This document shows positions 52,261 to 64,000 of a stretch of DNA of 64,000 nucleotides, piece after piece. The translations under genes and the position numbers were made by a program. Numbering within the stretch: the stretch's first letter is position 1; each line of letters starts with the position of its first letter. The DNA comes from Octopus sinensis (Eukaryota): the NCBI RefSeq assembly GCF_006345805.1, contig NC_043008.1, forward strand, positions 74,028,001-74,092,000. Direction: 5' to 3'. The notes beneath the pieces are model-generated. The model was not told the DNA's origin. It saw only the letters and a program-made list of their open reading frames with translations, and did not search any database.

Positions 52261-53769
52261 TTTTTGTGTGGAAATATCGCCGAATTGCATTAAATGGATT
52301 ACCTCACACTCGGCCATTCTATTTATTGTCTGCATTCTATTTTTATAGCTATTGTTATATCCTCTTTCTTGTTGGTTTCCCTTTTGATCGAGGCAAACAC
52401 CACCAATTTCTGTATTTCGTTTTGTCCTTTAATGCTATTCTCAATGTTTTGGGATCTTGCGGCCAATTTAAGATCATGATTTTATTATTGTTACGATTTT
52501 ATTGTTGCTATTGTTAACATCATTCTTATAACTATTATTATTATTATTGCCAACACAATGCTACCATGAATACTATAGCCTTTAAAACATCCCTTTCAAC
52601 AACAATATAGTAACCATAACAACTACATTACTAACCATTAATTTAGAACCAATATTGTAGACACAAACTCAACACGACTAAAACACTACCACCACCACCA
52701 CCACCACCATCACCATCAGAAGTACCATCATCAGCAACAGTAATAACAACCACAACGACAACCATCACTATACAACTATGAATGCAAAGATCTTTTGGAA
52801 CAATAACAAAACACAGAAATCAGTCTCTAGTTCAGCGAGCATTTCTGATGGAGTGAAATGGAGAAGAGAACAGCAACAGTTTCAAAGTAACAAGATAAAT
52901 ATTCCTTAATTTGAATCTTACAGTGATAGATGGCCGCCATTCTGTCAGAATATTTCAGCATTTCACCTACGGCTAGATTTTTACGAAATTAATTTATTAC
53001 GCTATATTCTAAACTATTTTTTCAGGAATAATATAGAAATTAACAAGAACAACAACACCTCCCCACTGCAAAGCAGTCCTTCGTATTAGAAACTATATAT
53101 CAAGAGAAGTTTGGTGGCAAACAAGTCTAGCACCGCCTGTTGTCCTTGTTGAGAATTAAGTTGGATGGCTGAATGAAAAAATAATGGTTATCTCGAGTCA
53201 TCAGTTATGTTAACGGAGAGTTGAACCAGATTCAGTAAGGTTAATGAGGAAACTATCAAATCTGAAAGTGTTGTGTATTGATGTATGGACGAATCAGCAT
53301 TTTGATACAGAGAAGGTTAGAGATGCAAAGATAAATAGATAAATAAGTGGATGCTTTTAGCTTGTGTGTGTATGTGTGTGTGTGGGTGTGGATGTATGTA
53401 TGTCTATATATATATGTGCATACGTGTATTTATGTTTATATGGCGGGCTACGCGTGACAGTGTCTGTGAGTGTATTTGTTTTCGTAGGAAGAAAGAAATG
53501 AATGGATAGATAAACAGATAATATGATATGATAAACAAATGAAACAGAAGATTGATGGCCGGATAGAAATGGGAGGAGGGGTTTCAGGGAAAATAAAAAC
53601 TAATAGAAAGTTAGATAGGTAAATAAACAGGAGGACGGGCAGTGATAGGCATATATATAAATAGCTCAGTAAATTTATGCATATATATGTAGGTGCATAG
53701 ACGTGCATACGTATATAGACACAGGCTCATCTACACATGCACGCACACACACAAAATACACACACACAC

Positions 53770-53813
<44 letters not shown>

Positions 53814-54239
53814 AGAGATTGAGAGAAAGAACTATATAGGATGTAATATATAAGAAATAATAAAAACGGGGAAGATAAACCAAATTGCATACATAGTCTA
53901 GAACATATATTCTTATTCTAGACACAGACTGATGCCTCTGACGGATATAGGCATATATATATATATATATAGACATGTCGCATTAGCAAGGAATAAATGG
54001 AAGAAACAGTATAAGAACATATGTATATGTGGACGCATGGTTACTACTTTTATCATAAATCAGCCAAACACAACAAAAAATTCGAGAAAGCTGAAATATC
54101 AACTCCAAATGTGTAATATTTTATACATTTGAAACATTAATAACTAAATTCAGAAGAAGGATACGATAATATTAATGATAGGAATGTATATATCATCGTT
54201 ATAACAAGAATATTTCTTCCTGTAAAATTTCGGTCTCAG

Positions 54240-55350
54240 CAAACCAGAACCTCTTTACACTTAACTCTAACATCTCCAGCGTAATGAAGACAGGCATTAA
54301 CAAATACGTTCTCCATCTCTTTGAATTTCCTTTTCCAATCAGGGACCACCAGTACAGCTTCTGCAAAGCCAGAACCACCGGAAACCTGCTGATATATATT
54401 ACTCATCGGTGGCTTCTCATTCGTGTCCGTTAGTGATGGAATACCAGTCTGCTAAATGGTCTTTCTTCGTATACGATCCAGTTTGGGCCATGTAAATTGT
54501 CAACAGCTGTTGGTGTCGAATTTGTTTCTATCACTGAAGACAAGGACTAGTTTTGAGATGCGGCCTTAGAAATGCTAAGAATATATGTTTTCCAGTAGAG
54601 CAATGTTAATGCTCTGGACATCATCAAAGATTTCGACCATATCTGTCATGCAGATCTACAAAGCTTGCCGCCTACAAGCAGCAACTTCTCAAGAGATCAC
54701 ATCACTGCGATGTTCTCTGGAATTCAGTTCTGTCTCCCACTATTTTTCTTGTATGCACTTATGAACAACTTGGCGTCACATTTAACAACACCCACGACCA
54801 TTTACTCCTTAATGTTCCGTGACCATGCATCATACTTTGGTTGCATCTTCCAGTGGAACCAAGTAAACATTGTCTCTTTTAATAGAAAAAGAAAAGCTGA
54901 CACAGTACTAACATCTAGAGAACACTACTGCATCATACCCTTCCTAAACATGAGCGGCACTTAAGTAGAGCCTTTCAAGTGATGGGCATCACTACCATCG
55001 AAGATCTCTACTGGAAAACATATATTCTTAGCATTTCTAAGGCCGCATCTCAAAACTAGTCCTTGACTTCAGTGATTGAAAATATTTCGACCCCAACAGC
55101 TTTTGACAATTTACAAGGCCCAAACTGGATCGTATTCCATCACTAACGGACACATATCAGCCTGTAATGCCACTTCTCTTTGGGTCTACCGCCAATACAA
55201 TGTCCTTTGCTTCTCGAACCTAGCTAGACTCGTACTTCCAACACAGAAGGACTTTCGTTCTATTAGTTTCTCCCCACTCCTCAGCACCATTGCTGCATCC
55301 AGTCATCCTTTTTCTCTATTAACCAGGTCATGTTTGGTTGAGCAAAGCGA
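54240..55350 (+). mobile_element. CR1-superfamily LINE RT fragment with an internal inverted duplication
   Basis: DHQYSFCKARTTGNLLIYITHRW, ALDIIKDFDH, QQLLTIYKAQ. Segment 54423-54600 is an inverted copy of 55006-55153. Confidence 0.78.
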
Positions 55351-56616
55351 TGATCGGAAGCGTTTCAACTGTGATAGTTTCATAATTTTGTATTTCTAGA
55401 ATTACCTTTAATCATGTTACCTTTTTATCAAGACAGTAGGGTTGATTGGTAGACTTAATCCTTTTCTTTGTTAGTGAAAACATAGATCCTTTATAGAAGC
55501 ATTCGTCGCAGTGATCCAGTTGAGTAAAACTTCCTCTTGTCATCTCACTAGTTTCAGGAGCTAGGAAAGTAGCCGTTTACTTGCCTTCTGATTAAATTTT
55601 TCTTTTAATGGACAAAACAAGATATTTGAGACAAGTGTCATATTTGTGATAAAACTTCAACCTTTGAACTGCTGTCACGTGAGTTACTTTTTCAATACCA
55701 TTTCCAGATAGCTACTTTCATATTTTTTCCAAAACATACCATATTTTTTAGTATCACTGTTTTTATCACAAATTCATTATATTCAGTGCTTCACTTTCAC
55801 AATGTCACTGTTCTACAAATATCTACAAAGTCTGTTATACAGAAAGTATTGTCGCTAGCCAAAATGATATAGATTTCCTATATTCTTGCTTTATAAAGTT
55901 GTCATCATGTATTCACTTTGAACTTCTCTGATTCATATTAGAATTCGCTAGACGAATCTCTGGGAAAATTTTTTTGATAAAACTATAGTAGAACAGAACA
56001 AAATATTTCATAGCATAGTTTGTTCTCATTTCCCCCAACACCTCCGAATTCATTCAACAATTCCAGTCACGTTCCAACCTTTTATCTTTTGGATTAGTCT
56101 TTCGTTGCGGACAGTCGATAACAAGATAACATGTATTCCATACGTTATGTTTACATTCAAATGACAGACTAGTTTATCGTAATTTCACTACCTCTGACGC
56201 CTTCATTATCACCGATAGAACTTTGTGATCAACTAGGGGGAAATCTTACAGGTCATAGGACTATTCTTCCTTCCAAAGATCACAACACAACTACATTAAT
56301 AATCTCTTCAGACTCTTTTGAATTTATGTTATGCATGCAACTCTGGCAATTTGATTTAACAAAATGGTATTCGGTGTTATAACTAGCTTAGCACTTGACT
56401 CCACACACACGTCGTACCGTCTTCTTCCTAATCTTTTATTGGTGAGGAAACTTCAAATGTTATTGATTCTAATTTAACACATATTTCACAAATGAAATTA
56501 AACGAGGAATTCTCATACATCGCCGATTACAATTTATCCTTGATATGTTCGTCTGAATGATTCAAATGACGTTTGTTTACATAAATACATATTATATACA
56601 CACATACATGTTTAGA

Positions 56617-56682
<66 letters not shown>

Positions 56683-56690
56683 ATATATAT

Positions 56691-56740
<50 letters not shown>

Positions 56741-57096
56741 TGTGTGTATATATGTGTGTGTGTATGTATATATATACATATATTATATGTATGTATGTAT
56801 GTATATGCATGCATGCATGTGTGTAGGAAAAAAAGAAATGACAAAGGAATAAATGATTATCCTATGAACTTCCTTAGCTTACAGATGTTTCTGCCATAAT
56901 ATGTGTGGTCTCATAGTTGAGTGCCTAAGTAACACCTTCCAGCTTCATCGAAGCCACAAACATGAAGTACAATTTATTTGAGAAAACAACATTTACGCAT
57001 ATATGCAGAAAAGCATTACGAGTGAGAAAGCATGTCTTATATATATGCATAAGTGCAATTGTTTTTCCAAATACACTGCATTTCATGTTTGAAGCT

Positions 57097-57169
57097 CTGA
57101 TGAAGCAATAACGTGTTACTCAGGCACTCAACTATCAGCTTACCGCACCCTATAGCAGAAACGGTTGTA
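57097..57169 (+). ncRNA. Degenerate hammerhead motif
   Basis: CTGATGA-agcaata...tatagca-GAAA-CGGTTG-TA; core intact, stems I and II eroded. Confidence 0.4.
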
Positions 57170-57316
57170 ATTTAATGAAACTCATAAAATAATCATTTAT
57201 TCTTTTGTCATCATTATTTTTCTTATTATCGTCGTGTACTCGATTAACGCTTCGTTCAGAGGAATAATATTGAGTCTTCTACACCAATTTAGTATTGCAA
57301 TGGTTAAGTGAAAGTT

Positions 57317-57370
<54 letters not shown>

Positions 57371-57380
57371 GTGTGTATTA

Positions 57381-57965
57381 GATAAAATAGGACATCAAAA
57401 GCCAAGGCAGGACGAGTATCTCAAGTCATTTACAATATTTAATTAGAGTAATGTGTATTCAAGGTAATTAATAAATTAATTAATTATTGGATGTCTTATT
57501 CTTGTTTCTGGGATATCCCAAGTGAAAGGTATTCCGTTATCAGAGACAAAGTGAGTATGTATTCACAGTTTACAAAGGAATAAAATAAAAGATAGAAGAA
57601 TAAAGTGTAAAACAGTAGATAAGAAGAAGAGCTGTAAAATTTATTCTCCTGTCTATATTATTCTTATGTCTTTATTCTCCTGTGTCTATTCTGAAGACTA
57701 TAATATTCTATCTAGTGTTTATACTATTTATTCTTCTATCTACTATTTTATTCCTTTATAAACTATGAATTCCTTGTCTAGAACTTTCATACATACCTTT
57801 CTCTGATGACGGAATACCCAGTGTATGGAGATGCTAACCTATTACTTGGCATGTATCCCAGAAACATCTGTAATTAATTAATTACCTCCAATTCACCTTA
57901 CTTTAATTAAATATTTTAAATGACTTGCGATACTCATCCAGCCTTGGTTCTTGTTGTCCAGTTTC
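57381..57965. mobile_element. Old inverted pair of PLE-like pseudo-LTRs (57381-57625 / 57715-57965) with degenerate hammerheads
   Basis: Diverged reverse-complement arms. Plus arm 57803-57872: CTGATGA...gtatccca-GAAA-CATCTG-TA. Minus arm: TGTCT-CTGATAA...GAAA...TA-AGACA. Flanked by (TA)n/(TG)n. Confidence 0.65.
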
Positions 57966-58921
57966 CTCTAATATATAGCCGCTAATTCGGATAGCTACTA
58001 CGGATCCCTAGCTCCAGCCTCAGCTGTGAACTTGGAATCTAACGGATGACCAATTATAGCATTATACAACGTACCTATTTGTTTAGAATACCAGAGAACT
58101 ACACCCATCTTATCCTTTATATATATATATATATATATAATATGAGATGCATTGGTATCCAGAAGACGCAAAAGACAGGTAAGGCTATGTAAGTGCTACG
58201 GAAGGACCACTGTTAGGTTCCCAGGTCAATAATAGCATGAGTAAGGAGTCTAAGGCAAGTCGTGTGTGAGTGTGTATATGTTAAATAAAATAACAAGGCC
58301 AAGGCAATTTGATATTCCCAGGACATTTATAAATAGAAAGGTGGTCTTACAGCTGTTTCAGGGAAATAAATGATATCCCGGAATTAGTAGAGTTCATTTT
58401 TTTTTCTGAGAAGTTATCCTGGAGAGGGAGAGATATACAAGAAATTAGATATAATGCAGAAAGTAAAGAAGGAAAATATGAAAATAAAAATACATGTTGG
58501 GTGTTAAAGTTGCAGTTCCGTTATCTAAGAAATGTGTTGTGTAGTATGGGTAAAAAGGTTTCTTGTCCATGATGTGTAAAGTCCGATAAGAATACATATA
58601 TTGTTATTTCAAATGGATAGTGTGCAGATATTAATTCCATGTGTTGTTCATTCAAAGGGAACTTGTAGTATAAATAAATTGTGAGAATTATACTGGTAAG
58701 GAAAATTAGATAGAGAAAGAAATGAATAGATAAGAATAGATATCTACTCTCTCTATCTACTTCGCCTTACCAGTTTACTACCGGTGTATTGCTACGCAAA
58801 GTGACAGTTCGAAGGAGATGGTGTTAAAACTTAGGTAAATTAGTTATTTTTTATTAAACGTAACTAGTCCCGGAACGTTCACATATATTGAACTTTGTTT
58901 AATAAGACAAGTCTGATGTTG

Positions 58922-58992
<71 letters not shown>

Positions 58993-59081
58993 GGGGAGAC
59001 AGGGAGAAAGAAATAGAGAGTGATAGATAGATATGTATATATACATATATCTATATACATGTATATATACATGTATATATA

Positions 59082-60113
59082 TGTTGCGCCGCACGCAGGC
59101 CTACGATGCCACCACGGGCCTCACACAAATAGCTCGCGTGCGACGGCGCTCAGTAAATCAGGAATCCACTCCGGACGGGGGAAAGCAGTGAAACGCAGCC
59201 AGTAGAGCCAACAACAACAAAAATAGCATACACAAGAGTTGCGTAGTCAAAGCTCATTTTTTTAAACAAAGCATTCAACAACAATGGTTAACAAAACATT
59301 TAACAGCTTTGGAAAGTTCTTTTTTTTTCTTCCCTTAGTTCATTTTAAAAAATCACATTTAACATTTAACAACACAAAGTTCTTTTTCTTTTTCATTTTT
59401 TTAACACAATGTTCATTTTTCAAAACAATTAACACAGTCCTTTTTCTTCTTTTTTTTCCTTTTTCTCTTTTCCCATCTTTTAAAAGCAGTCAACAACTCA
59501 GTTCTTCTTTTTCCTTTCTTTTCTTTTAAATAAACACATTTAACAAGAAAGTTCTATTTTTTTCTTCTTTTCTTTTCAAACAGTTAACATCACAAAGTTT
59601 TTCCTAAAATTTAACACCACAAAGTTTTCCCTTTCTTGAAACATTTAACAACACAAAGATTTCTCTTTTTTAAAAAAACATTTAACATCAAAGTTCGTTC
59701 CCTTTAAAACATACAAGAACATTTACCGGTTGACATTTTACGGCAGTATCCCACTACACCACTTGCTTGGTCGTTCAGTTGGCCGTCTCTCGCTCCATGT
59801 ATCTCTCTCTGCCCCCTGTCTGTCTCTCTCAGACCACATCTGCCCCTTGTCCGGTCTTCCTCTGGCGGCCTCGCAACTCAGCGCTACCCGTATATATAAG
59901 GCCGTTCAGCCAGAAAGAGAGACATACCGTACGTAGCAGTGCGCGTTTCCCTTCCCAAAACTTTGTCTTTTTTAAACTCTCTGTGACCGTAGAGGGCCAG
60001 AGATCAAGTGCCTACGGCCATAAACAACCGTGCTCCTTAACAGGACAAAGGAAATACCACTGACCTGAACAACTGGAACACCGTTTCGATCCCAGCTAAT
60101 GGAAAAAGGGACA
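59082..60113. mobile_element. Possible solo LTR or LTR-like GC-rich island
   Basis: Starts TGTTGCG after (TA)n, contains a motif array and TATATAA at about 59891, and may end ...GGGACA. No matching TSD seen. Confidence 0.3.
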
Positions 60114-60156
60114 TAAGGTTTTTTCGTTCGTCTTCATTTTTTTTGCATTCGTATCA

Positions 60157-60202
<46 letters not shown>

Positions 60203-60740
60203 ATATAAAGTATGGCATTGGAATTACAGTCACTATGGAATATGTGTGTGAGTTTGAGTTGTTGGATGTGTATATATACATATATATCAATGTATTTTTA
60301 TGTGCGATAATGTGTATGGCTTGGGATTTGATTGGTAGGAACTTCAAGTTACGCTGGAACCCTAATTTTCTATAACGTATTATACAATTAATAGGTTGAT
60401 ATCAAGTCGGTAATTTTGTGTGCATTCGTGTGCATATTTAAACGGAATCCGACTACACGTCAACGTACAATATAATGCACGATATTACTCAATGCTGATT
60501 GTAGTGGATAACTGGTTTTAATCTAAAACTCTGTCTCTAAGCAGCGATACTCAGTTTCTCTGAAATGAAATGTTGTACAGAGTTTAGTCGTATTCATAGC
60601 AACTCGTAAAATAAGAAAAGAATTAATTACTATGAAAAAAAATACGTGATAATTGCTAGGTCCATGTCGTCAGTGTTACTTCAAAAAAGAAGGAATACAT
60701 CAACAAAAAATAAATATATGAATGATGCTCTTCCTCGCAG

Positions 60741-60844
60741 TGAACAGGAAATGCTTGGGTGTTAATGACTGTGATTATTTTCTGGTTGATTACACGCCTG
60801 TTGATGACACACAGAAGAATACTATTAAATATATCAGAAATCAA
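60741..60844 (+). CDS. Candidate internal coding exon, unknown gene
   Basis: Acceptor gctcttcctcgcAG, donor GTGAGG, 104-bp open frame (x)NRKCLGVNDCDYFLVDYTPVDDTQKNTIKYIRNQ in non-repetitive DNA. Confidence 0.35.
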
Positions 60845-62719
60845 GTGAGGAATGATGTGCTATGAGGATGGGTGTTCATATGGAAACTTTAAGGGCGTAC
60901 TAAAACGCGTATATTATTTCTCAAAATGCAAACAAACATGTATATATTAAAAACGTACATAATCACATTCACACACATGCTTATGTGAGGGTATGTGATT
61001 GTGCTTATGAGTATTCTCGTAACCGCACGTTTTCAAAGAAGAGACCTTCAAGACGTAGAAGTGTGATTCGTAATATCGTTCACTTATATATTTGAACCCT
61101 TCAACTCATAGTCTAAAAGTTTCACCTTGCACCCCTAGTATCATTCAAGTGCCCGTGATACTCAGTCAGTGGGTCCATACTGATCTAATGAATAATGTGA
61201 GATGAATAACTGATATCATTATAGGCTACAAATGTATGAGGAACATATTCAGTATCACAAAATCTAACTATGGAAGTATTTATTTAATATTGCTGTTGCT
61301 GTGACAAATAGCCAAATGAATCAATATGAACAATAGAGACGTGTATCATAAAAAGAAAATGTCTAAAAAATATTTCGTACCAATTTAATATATCACAAAT
61401 TCCCTACAATTTATACAAAATATTCATTCAATAGTTGCGTACAACGATATAATATTTCGTTCTGTCAACGTTACAGCGAAATATACCAATGTCTCAGCAC
61501 ACATTCAGAAATCATAGAATCACTATATCCTAACTGCTTTAAACTTTAGACCAATACGCTTATAAACCAATTTAAAACCAGATTACTTTCACCAGATTAA
61601 AAAGAAAAGTCTCTATGAACATCACGATTTGCATTATGAGTAGACGCATATCTTACCACACTATTCAGCGAACTATAAATTAAACCTAAAGCGAAATCAT
61701 CCGTGCTTGAGCTGTCAGAAAGAGAAGACGCCATAAACAACACTGACCCTCGTGTCAATTGCCCTATAGACATTCTGTTTATACACAAAAAATATAAACA
61801 GACGTCATCGACAGATATATCATGTATGTGACATATTACCTGAGCAATGACTTCAACAGCCGCACGGCAAATACCTTTAAATACCTTTAAATACTCCTAA
61901 AAATCACTTCATACTATTATTTCAAGCTCACCGATAACGAATCTAATTCAGTCATTTCACGAGAATCTTTAGGTGTAAGGAAATAATTCGGCTGACTATA
62001 ACACAATAACATGAAACACGACGTACATATAGCTCCACTTGCATATTTGAAGGGCTTTTACCTGTGAAAGTTGAAATGATGTGAAGGAAGATATCGATTT
62101 GAGAATTCTCTTTCCGCACTCTTTTACAGACAATTATTAGCAAGAGAGGCCTATGAGAAGATACTCGTTTTATTTGAGTAAACAACACGGTTCCTTCTCA
62201 TTATCAGAATCTCCATAGTTAACGGCTGTACTATGAATAGCCATTGATTTATCTATATTATAAATGTGTACGGAATTCTGATTTATCCCGTAGTAAAAGG
62301 GGCAAGTACGTGATTTCCAGGGTCTAGAGGAGTGTAGAACTACCTCTTAGTCACTATTGCTCCAATCTCTACACTGACCCTAAGTAGTAACACCCGTTAT
62401 TGTCCCAGCTATTTGTTAACTAGCATGTCAACCATTGGGAGTGTAGGACTCCTGGTTAGAACTTTCTTCTAGGACAAGGCAAAAATACTTGAGTGCAGTC
62501 AGTTTCTGGTTGTCTCAAACCATGTTTTACCATAGGTGTTTATAGCCGATTGCATTGAAGAGTAAGTTAAGGGTTGCACAACACCTTAGCCACTCGTGCA
62601 TATGTACGTATAGATACATAAACACACACACACATACATATATATATATATTATATATATATATATATATATTTAAATATATGTGTGTGTACATATACAC
62701 ATATATGTATGTGTTTGTG

Positions 62720-62905
62720 TTTGTATTTGTTCCACACCTCTTGACAACAGGCGTTGGTTTGTTTACGTCCTAGTAATATCGGCAAAAGAGTTCCATAGAG
62801 TAAGATCTAGGCTTAAAAACATTAAGTACTAGATTCGATGTCTTCGGTTAAACCCTTGAAGGCAGTATCCCAGCATAGCTGCAGTTCAATGACCGAAGCA
62901 AGTAA
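62720..62905 (+). mobile_element. SINE family 2, 3' half
   Basis: ttgacaac...gtttacgtcc...ggcaaaagag...gcagttcaatgaccgaagcaagtaaaa. Confidence 0.75.
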
Positions 62906-62933
62906 AATATAAAATGTATGCGTATACATTCAT

Positions 62934-62983
<50 letters not shown>

Positions 62984-62988
62984 GGATG

Positions 62989-63122
<134 letters not shown>

Positions 63123-63632
63123 CGTATATATACACGTATGTGTGTTTATGTATATGTATGCATGCACGTATTTATTGAATAGAAGCATGTATATGCGTAA
63201 AATATATGCTGAGGTCATGACGTTTTTATGTAATCTCTGTTTCAGTTAGGTGTTTTCATACTTTGCACGCATAGAACATATAAATTATAGTGGCGGCCAG
63301 TGTATTATGAATATAATGAATATTCAGGCAAGAGAGAACAAAGAGAGAATAAAGTAATCATTTGGGATGAAAACATTTCTTCTTGAATATTAATATGTAC
63401 CCAGGTCCATGCGTATGTGGATATTTGTGTATGTGCGTGTAAATGGAAGTGTATGCGCGGGGCAAGTTCATTATTTTTAAGAAACCATTATCATGTATTT
63501 CTAAGCCCTTCAACACGTCGTTTTACTTGCATTCTATTTTCAATAACATAGAGCCATTTTAACTGCTTTCTTGTTCCTTAAAGCCAATTCAGTATTACAC
63601 ATTCAGCCATAAAGTCATTGTTCTTTTATCTT

Positions 63633-63965
63633 TAAACTGTTTCAGTCATTGAACTGCAGCCAGGTTGGTGCAATGTCTTGAAGCATGTAGTCGCACAATT
63701 CAACCATGTTTTAAAAGCCAGGTACTTATACTATCTGATTCTTTATGGATGATCAAGTAGTGGTGGGGGACAAGTACAAACACACAGCCACACATACATA
63801 GACATACATACATACATACATACACACAAAGGTCTACTTTCAGTTTCAATCTAAAAAGTCTACCCATAAATGTTTGGTAGACCAGGGGTAATAGTAGAAG
63901 ACATTTACCCATGGTACCACGCAGGAGAATCGTACCTAGAAGCATATTGTTGGGAAGCAAACTTG
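63633..63965 (-). mobile_element. SINE family 2, old copy
   Basis: tttcagtcattgaactgcagcc ... agtagaagacatttacccatggtaccacgcagg. Confidence 0.7.
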
Positions 63966-64000
63966 TCTATCTATCCCTCTGTCTATCTATCTATCTACTT

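Overview
AT-rich, repeat-dominated eukaryotic DNA. From memory, the SINE families resemble those of Octopus/coleoid cephalopods (not database-verified). No host gene can be confidently identified, and most long ORFs in the track are translations of (TA)n, (TAGA)n and (CA)n microsatellites. The window contains several Penelope-like element (PLE) relics with inverted pseudo-LTRs, including one RT plus GIY-YIG copy at 5716-8147. It also holds R4/Dong-, Tx1/L1-, CR1/L2- and RTE-type LINE fossils, two mariner transposons, MITEs and many tRNA-derived SINEs. Three signals stand out. (1) A set of type I hammerhead ribozymes folded by hand in the PLE pseudo-LTRs, including a pair with a compensatory U3-A8 core (UUGAAAA instead of CUGANGA). 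(2) A 2.2-kb Tx1-like element encoding only ORF1, inserted with a 15-bp target-site duplication between the A and B boxes of a SINE. (3) An unusual number of long fold-back (inverted-repeat) structures. Coordinates were counted by hand, and the edges of degenerate elements are approximate.
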